Positions 58,292 through 64,000 of a DNA stretch of 64,000 nucleotides are shown piece by piece. Origin of the DNA: an uncultured Eubacteriales bacterium (GTDB lineage: Bacteria; Bacillota; Desulfotomaculia; Desulfotomaculales; Pelotomaculaceae). Location of the stretch: positions 5,180 to 69,179 of the forward strand of contig CAYNIY010000003.1 of NCBI GenBank assembly GCA_964397525.1, read 5' to 3'. The notes under the pieces were generated by a model that worked only from the letters and a program-made list of their open reading frames with translations, did not search any database and was not told the DNA's origin. The position numbers and the translations under genes are program-made. Within the stretch, counting starts at the first letter, position 1. Each line of letters begins with the position of its first letter.

Positions 58292-61200
58292 TTAAAAACT
58301 TAAGGCCACCTCGTCGCGATCTAAACGTGTTTTTATAGCGCGCACTCTTTCAGCCAGATTGGGATTTCCCGCTGCCGCGCGCTCGATCTGGCGGAGCAGG
58401 TCAATCTCTCTCCTGAAGATGGAAAAAATATCACCAGGCTGCAGGGATGACATGGCCAGCAGTTCGGTAAAACTGGCGCCGTTATACCAAGCATAGGCCA
58501 GTGCGCTGGGCACACTGGACCAGATGCAAAATTTCTCGGGCACTCCCATTTTGAGCAGGTTTCGCCTGAGTAAAGACATCTCGTGCAGGGCAGGCAGGTC
58601 CACCCTGACTACATGGATGTTTTTACCGGGGATATATTCCACTCCGGCCAGGACAGCAGCAGCTTCTGCCGGCTCCACCTCTTCAAGCAAACCGGAGAAG
58701 GCTAATTCTGCAAGCAGTATTTCCTGCACATGCAGTTCTAGGGCGAATATCCCCCTTGCGAAAAATTCGCGTCCTTTAATGTATCCAAGCTCTTCCAAAA
58801 GGCTGCGGACTAATTTATATTCAACAAAAATAGCGTTGGCGTTTTCTGATACCACCCTGAATTCCTGTCTGAGCAGGTTTAAATAATTTTGGGATTGTTT
58901 TAAACTCTCTATCGTTGTGCGGCATTTTTCCGTGTCACGGCATTTTTTAGCCGTGAAAGAGGAAAGTTGTTTCTGGAGAAGATCTTTTTCTTTGTTTTTG
59001 CCTTTCCAGCGCAGGCGCTTCAGCTGCCGGCGGGCTTTGATTCGTTCCAGGGGGCAGGCTAGAGTCTGGCTATCCGGGCAGACGGTTAATTCTGAAACCC
59101 GCTCAGTGACTATTTTGATTTCCATTTCCAGGCTGTCTTTTCTCTTTTTGATCTGGTGCATTTTAAAATTACCGTTTAAGAAGCGGTCGATTTCAGTGTC
59201 TGTCTTATAACGCAGCAAACTCAGCACCGTGTTGGGGGATATAGTCAGCCTGCCGGTAACCGGTTCTACTTCTTTTTCTTCAAAAAAGCCTGTTTGTTCA
59301 GGGAAGCGGCTGTCAATACGGATAAAGACATGGCCCACCTGATCAAAGCCGCGCCGCCCGGCCCGCCCTGCTATTTGGAAGAACTCTCTGTTTAGCAGGA
59401 TGCGGAAGTCATGACCATCCCATTTCCTGGTGGAGTCGAAGACGGCGCTGGCGGCCGGGAAATTTACACCGGCGGCAAAAGTTTCCGTGCAGAAGACTAC
59501 CCAAAGCATCCGGTTGGAATAAAGCTTTTCCACCAGGTATTTTACCGGGGGCAGGAGGCCGGCATGGTGAAAGCCGATGCCCTGGTATAGCAGCCTGCGC
59601 AGGCTGCGCCAGCTTGGCCCGCTGAAAGTGCCGGGCTGTTCAGCCTCAGCCGCCCGGATCTGTTTGCCCACGATTTTCTTTTCCTGGGCGTTGAGAAAGT
59701 CCCAGTCATGTCCCAATTCCTGTGCCAGAATTTCAGTCCGCCCCCGGCTGAAAACAAAAAAGAGGGCAGGAAGTTTATCCTGGATCAATCCGGTTATTTC
59801 ACTGCAGGACAATTCCGGCAGTTCCGCGGCCTTATCGGTTTCGTTCCAGTAACGCCTGCTGCGCGAAGCTTTGCAATATTCAGCCAGATCCGCTATCTCA
59901 GAGCGGGCTTCCTTTTCAGCAACAATCCGGCCGCCAGGGAGCAGCCAGCGGATTGCCAGCGGTACGATTCTCCTCTTTTCCAGGATAACAACGACGTTGC
60001 CGCCGCGCACCGTGCTGATCCAGTCGGCCATTTCATCTACATTAGGCACTGTCGCGGAAAGGCCCAGGATTTTAACATGAGGAGGAGCGAATAAAATACT
60101 TTCTTCCCAGGTCGTGCCGCGTTCCACATCATCCAGGAAGTGGATTTCGTCAAAAACCACGTATGAAGTCTTATCCAGCTGTTCCGGCTCGCTGAGACAC
60201 CAGTTCCTGAATATTTCCGTGGTCATGATCAGCATAGGTGCGCTGGCATTAATGCTGATGTCACCGGTAACCAGGCCGACTGATTCTTCTCCGAACAGTT
60301 CTTTGAAGTCCCTGTACTTCTGGTTGGAGAGGGCCTTCAGAGGAGATGTGTAGACCATACCAAGTCCCTGCGACATCACGTCTTTTGCCAGCATCTCCGC
60401 CACCAGGGTTTTGCCGTTTCCGGTAGGCGCCGAGACCAGGACAGAGAGTCCTTCGCGCAGTGCTGCTGCTGCCTCAATCTGAAAGTCATCGAGGGTTAGT
60501 TCTTCCTGTTGGGACGGCAGGGATTCCTTTCTTCGCAGGGGGCTTTTTTTGCCGCGGCCAGAATGATCAAAACCTTGTTCCTGTTGACGGGATTGTCCCT
60601 GCTCACTGCTCCAGGCAGAAACAATATCTGAAACGGAATCCCGCAATTTTTCAAGATCGCTGCGCCTGAAAAAGAAAACCTGATCATGGTTGTTGATCTT
60701 CTCAATTTGAATAGGAGCAAGCATTCCTTCTTCAACGAGGCGGTTTACCTGGCTTGTAGTTATACCCAGCAGTGCCGCGGCATCAGGCAGCCTCATTCTT
60801 TCATGTTCTCTGGCGAGCCTGCGGAGCCTGCCATTGTCTCGTTTCAAGTCTTCAATATCGGAACGCCAAAACCGCTTTCTATCGTCGAGCATAAAAGGCC
60901 CCAGTGCTCCGGCGTCAGCCATAGACAACACAGCGTCAATGCCCAGGCCAAGCACGCCTGCTGCTTCATTTTCTCCCAGTGAATGCTCTTTCAGAAAGGC
61001 CGGGGCGCTGACCGTATGCGGTGGAGCGAAGTACCGACCGGAAATATCACCGAGCTGTTCGACCATAACTTCACCGGGGAACTCCCGGCGCAGGCAGAAA
61101 TATTCCTTACCCTCAAACTCGGCTTTGACACTATAGCTATCTGAGACACAGGCAAACTCATCAGTGCTAAGTCCCAACTGCTCGGGATCAAAAAAAGGTT

Positions 61201-61972
61201 GGGGGAGTGCATCCAGTATTGCCCGGCACTGCTTCAGCCGCTCACGTCTCGCCAATTCTCTTTGGCCGTCTTCAGAGCCTGTGGTTGTTATGAACCCTCT
61301 GGGCAGCCTGATGAAAGGATCTTGGTCGATGCCGGCAGAAAGCCTCGCGGTTATCTCCTTATGGCCGCTGAACAGGCGCAGCAAATCTGCATGACGGCGG
61401 GGCCGTTCGTTGATATATTTCAGCAGGCTATCCCAAGCACCTTTACTGTCAGGCAGTGTATAACGCCCATCCGGGAGCTGGCTGAAACTACGCCAAACCG
61501 GGAGCCTGATGTTTTCCAACCCGGCTGCTGCAATAATTTCTTCACGGGTACGGGGTATGCCATCGCCCAGCAGCCCGGCAACAACCTTAAGCTGCTCTGC
61601 TGTAAGTTCACTGCTGACACCCGGCTCTTTTGTGTGGTCAATTTTTTTCAGCAGAGCCAACACTTTGGGGATGGTTTTGCGCATTTCTCCACGGCTGGTG
61701 TACCAGGTAGCTCCGGATGCGGCAGGAGCGGACTTCTCCCCAATCAACCAGCCAAACCTGGTTTTCAGACGCCCGATCAGGACTTCCTCTTTTTCGATCA
61801 TGGATGAGAGCGCCCCGGCTATAGAATCATAATCGCAGTCACATTGCGAGTATACTGCTTCCAGGGGCAGCGGATCCTGTCCCTTTAAAAGCGACAGAAG
61901 GCTTTCCCTGGCTTGTTTTGTTTTCGGATTTGCCAAGTTTGAATACCCCTCCGATTGTATAACTGATATCAT
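58292..61972 (-). CDS. Ski2/HelY-like DExH helicase with a long N-terminal extension carrying two MerR-type HTHs
   Basis: APTGNGKT, DEIH, LSAT, HHAGLLP, TETFAAGVNFPA, QIAGRAGRRG, C-terminal PGDIFSIFRREIDLLRQI. Confidence 0.9.
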   Translation of the reverse strand: MISVIQSEGYSNLANPKTKQARESLLSLLKGQDPLPLEAVYSQCDCDYDSIAGALSSMIEKEEVLIGRLKTRFGWLIGEKSAPAASGATWYTSRGEMRKTIPKVLALLKKIDHTKEPGVSSELTAEQLKVVAGLLGDGIPRTREEIIAAAGLENIRLPVWRSFSQLPDGRYTLPDSKGAWDSLLKYINERPRRHADLLRLFSGHKEITARLSAGIDQDPFIRLPRGFITTTGSEDGQRELARRERLKQCRAILDALPQPFFDPEQLGLSTDEFACVSDSYSVKAEFEGKEYFCLRREFPGEVMVEQLGDISGRYFAPPHTVSAPAFLKEHSLGENEAAGVLGLGIDAVLSMADAGALGPFMLDDRKRFWRSDIEDLKRDNGRLRRLAREHERMRLPDAAALLGITTSQVNRLVEEGMLAPIQIEKINNHDQVFFFRRSDLEKLRDSVSDIVSAWSSEQGQSRQQEQGFDHSGRGKKSPLRRKESLPSQQEELTLDDFQIEAAAALREGLSVLVSAPTGNGKTLVAEMLAKDVMSQGLGMVYTSPLKALSNQKYRDFKELFGEESVGLVTGDISINASAPMLIMTTEIFRNWCLSEPEQLDKTSYVVFDEIHFLDDVERGTTWEESILFAPPHVKILGLSATVPNVDEMADWISTVRGGNVVVILEKRRIVPLAIRWLLPGGRIVAEKEARSEIADLAEYCKASRSRRYWNETDKAAELPELSCSEITGLIQDKLPALFFVFSRGRTEILAQELGHDWDFLNAQEKKIVGKQIRAAEAEQPGTFSGPSWRSLRRLLYQGIGFHHAGLLPPVKYLVEKLYSNRMLWVVFCTETFAAGVNFPAASAVFDSTRKWDGHDFRILLNREFFQIAGRAGRRGFDQVGHVFIRIDSRFPEQTGFFEEKEVEPVTGRLTISPNTVLSLLRYKTDTEIDRFLNGNFKMHQIKKRKDSLEMEIKIVTERVSELTVCPDSQTLACPLERIKARRQLKRLRWKGKNKEKDLLQKQLSSFTAKKCRDTEKCRTTIESLKQSQNYLNLLRQEFRVVSENANAIFVEYKLVRSLLEELGYIKGREFFARGIFALELHVQEILLAELAFSGLLEEVEPAEAAAVLAGVEYIPGKNIHVVRVDLPALHEMSLLRRNLLKMGVPEKFCIWSSVPSALAYAWYNGASFTELLAMSSLQPGDIFSIFRREIDLLRQIERAAAGNPNLAERVRAIKTRLDRDEVALSF

Positions 61973-62150
61973 TTGTAGTCTAGCACATCCTGTCTTAAAA
62001 AAACAATAATAAACAGGCAGCCAGACAAGGTTGCCGGCACCCGGGCAGTAATTTCAAGGCTGTCCTAAAAATTTCATTAAAAAATCGGTGAAAGCTAGCA
62101 TTTTATGGTATGTTAAATATAGTATATGAGAAAACACAGGGTGAAAGCGA

Positions 62151-63749
62151 ATGCTCAGAGTATCTGGTTTGAAATTGTCTATAGAAGATGACAGTGCAAA
62201 ACTGGCTAGTATATTATTGAAGAAGCTCGACATAAACCGGGAAGACTTAATGGAATATAAAATTTTCAAGAAGTCTGTTGACGCCAGGCAGAGAGACAGC
62301 ATGATTTTTTTTAACTATACTGTCGATGCCGCATTAAAAAACGAAGAAGCAGTTTTAAAAAGATTGTATAGCAGGGGTGTGGCTGCCGCGCCGGACATGA
62401 AATATGTTTATGTCCGCTGCGGCCTGGAAAAGCTGAAACTCAGGCCGGTCATTCTGGGCAGCGGCCCAGCCGGGCTTTTTGCCGGGATAATTCTCTCTAG
62501 CATGGGTTATAGGCCGCTGCTGTTGGAAAGAGGCGCGGATGTTGATACCCGGGCAAAAGCTGTCCGGCAGTTCATGAATAAAGGCGAGCTGGATACCGAG
62601 TGCAACATTCAGTTCGGTGAAGGCGGGGCCGGAACATTCTCTGACGGTAAGCTGACCACCTTGATCAGGGACACCAGGTGCAGGAAGGTGCTGGAGGAAA
62701 TGGTCCTGGCAGGGGCGCCGGCGGAGATACTTTATCTCAACAAGCCCCATGTCGGAACCGATAACCTCAGGACAGTGGTAAAAAACCTGCGTGAAAAAAT
62801 TATCAGTCTCGGGGGTGAAATCAGATTCAACAGCAGGATAACCGACATAGATATTGTTCTGAACAGGGTCGCAGGCGTAGTAGTCAACAATAATGAAAAA
62901 TTACCTGCTGATGTCCTATTAATGGCGCCCGGGCACAGCGCAAGAGACACTTTTGAGATGCTGCACAAAAGAAACGTGCCCTTGTCGCCCAAGCCTTTTT
63001 CCATCGGCGTCAGGATCGAACATCGGCAGGAACTTATAGACCGGGCCCAGTATAAAAGGTTTGCCGGTCATGAAAAACTCGGGCCGGCAGATTACAAGCT
63101 GGCTTACCATGCTTCAAACGGCAGGTCAGCTTACACCTTCTGCATGTGTCCCGGCGGTGAAGTAGTGCCGGCGACTTCGGAAGAAGGCTGTGTGGTCACC
63201 AACGGCATGAGCCTTTATGCCCGTAGCGCGCCAAACGCCAACAGCGCTCTGCTGGTTGGTGTGGGGCTTGGTGATTTCGGCAGCAGTCACCCGCTGGCCG
63301 GGGTAGAATTCCAGAGAAGATGGGAGAGGCTGGCTTTTGCCCTGGGCGGCGGCAATTACAATGCCCCTGCGCAACTAGTGGGAGATTACCTGGCCCGCAG
63401 GGCCTCAACAGGGTTCAGTGAGGTGACCCCGTCATACCGCAGGGCGGTCAGACCGGCCAACCTTGAGGACTGCCTGCCGCTTTACGTGCTCGAAACAATA
63501 AGAGAAGCCCTGCCTGAGCTGGATAAGAAGCTGCGGGGCTTTGCCGCGCCAGACGCTGTCATGACCGGTGTCGAAACGAGGTCTTCTTCTCCCGTCAGAA
63601 TTTACAGGAGCGAAAATTTTGAGGCGGGCATAGGGGGCCTCTACCCGGCAGGAGAAGGCGCCGGTTACGCCGGCGGTATAATCTCCTCGGCGGTGGACGG
63701 GATCAAGGCGGCTGAGGCGATTGCATCAAAATACAGTCCCCTGGGATAG
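62151..63749 (+). CDS. uncharacterised FAD-dependent dehydrogenase (COG2509-like)
   Basis: GSGPAG, QFGEGGAGTFSDGKL, FCMCPGG, VETRSSSP, GEGAGYAGGIISSAVDG. Confidence 0.9.
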   Translation: MLRVSGLKLSIEDDSAKLASILLKKLDINREDLMEYKIFKKSVDARQRDSMIFFNYTVDAALKNEEAVLKRLYSRGVAAAPDMKYVYVRCGLEKLKLRPVILGSGPAGLFAGIILSSMGYRPLLLERGADVDTRAKAVRQFMNKGELDTECNIQFGEGGAGTFSDGKLTTLIRDTRCRKVLEEMVLAGAPAEILYLNKPHVGTDNLRTVVKNLREKIISLGGEIRFNSRITDIDIVLNRVAGVVVNNNEKLPADVLLMAPGHSARDTFEMLHKRNVPLSPKPFSIGVRIEHRQELIDRAQYKRFAGHEKLGPADYKLAYHASNGRSAYTFCMCPGGEVVPATSEEGCVVTNGMSLYARSAPNANSALLVGVGLGDFGSSHPLAGVEFQRRWERLAFALGGGNYNAPAQLVGDYLARRASTGFSEVTPSYRRAVRPANLEDCLPLYVLETIREALPELDKKLRGFAAPDAVMTGVETRSSSPVRIYRSENFEAGIGGLYPAGEGAGYAGGIISSAVDGIKAAEAIASKYSPLG

Positions 63750-63853
63750 ACATCCATGCGGCTAGAGCGGCCCCACCAGAGGATAACATTACTTGAAGCC
63801 TGTTATTAGAATAGTGAATTGTCATAATATAAATATTAAAGGAGTTTTGGCTG

Positions 63854-64000
63854 ATGCAGGGATGTGCTACGGTCAGGATTGCGGTTGTGGGCGGCGGCGC
63901 TGCGGGAATAATAGCGGCTATTGCCGCGTCGTACAGAGGCGCGGACGTCACCATCATTGAGAAAAACAACAGGATTGGCAAAAAAATTCTGGCCACCGGC
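63854..64000 (+). CDS. HI0933/BaiN-family flavoprotein, N-terminus (runs off window; below ORF-track cutoff)
   Basis: MQGCATVRIAVVGGGAAGIIAAIAA...IIEKNNRIGKKILATG. Confidence 0.88.
   Translation, partial: MQGCATVRIAVVGGGAAGIIAAIAASYRGADVTIIEKNNRIGKKILATG

Noticed and set aside
1-64000. CRISPR array, rRNA, IS elements or prophage genes
   Set aside because: No regularly spaced repeats, rRNA-like sequence, transposase, integrase or phage structural motifs were seen by eye

Overview
64 kb of chromosomal DNA from an anaerobic Firmicute. Gene content (TRAP, CtsR box, sigma28/FlgM, selenocysteine use, GctAB-like CoA transferases, Acs, formate/oxalate antiporter) suggests a Peptococcaceae/Desulfotomaculaceae, Pelotomaculum-like syntroph; this assignment is inference. 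Order: dnaE end, mtrB, accDA, pyk, macro-SGNH fusion, small unknown ORFs, TetR, tRNA-Leu(CAA), tandem NifU-domain genes (one Cys, one with in-frame TGA = Sec, missed by the ORF track), nitrilase-family gene, acs, clpB, DUF362, hflX. Then a strongly pruned flagellar locus: flgM, a decayed flagellin, a c-di-GMP-I riboswitch, and intact fliF-fliG-fliN-(flhA scar)-flhF-flhG-fliA-fliM-fliY, with no rod, hook, export or stator genes in the window. Next come housekeeping genes, an OFA transporter with a structured leader, two head-to-head CoA-transferase operons bracketed by a 44-bp inverted repeat, a two-component pair, PiT/DUF47, a deacetylase, an ABC exporter, a GH15/IMPase/PGM operon, an HTH-YkyB-like gene facing an HTH-extended Ski2-like helicase, and two flavoproteins. 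No CRISPR array, transposase, integrase or rRNA was seen. Best candidates for new biology: the flagellum-less MS/C-ring module, the Cys/Sec NifU pair and the HTH-helicase pair. No database searches were run; family calls rest on motif recognition.
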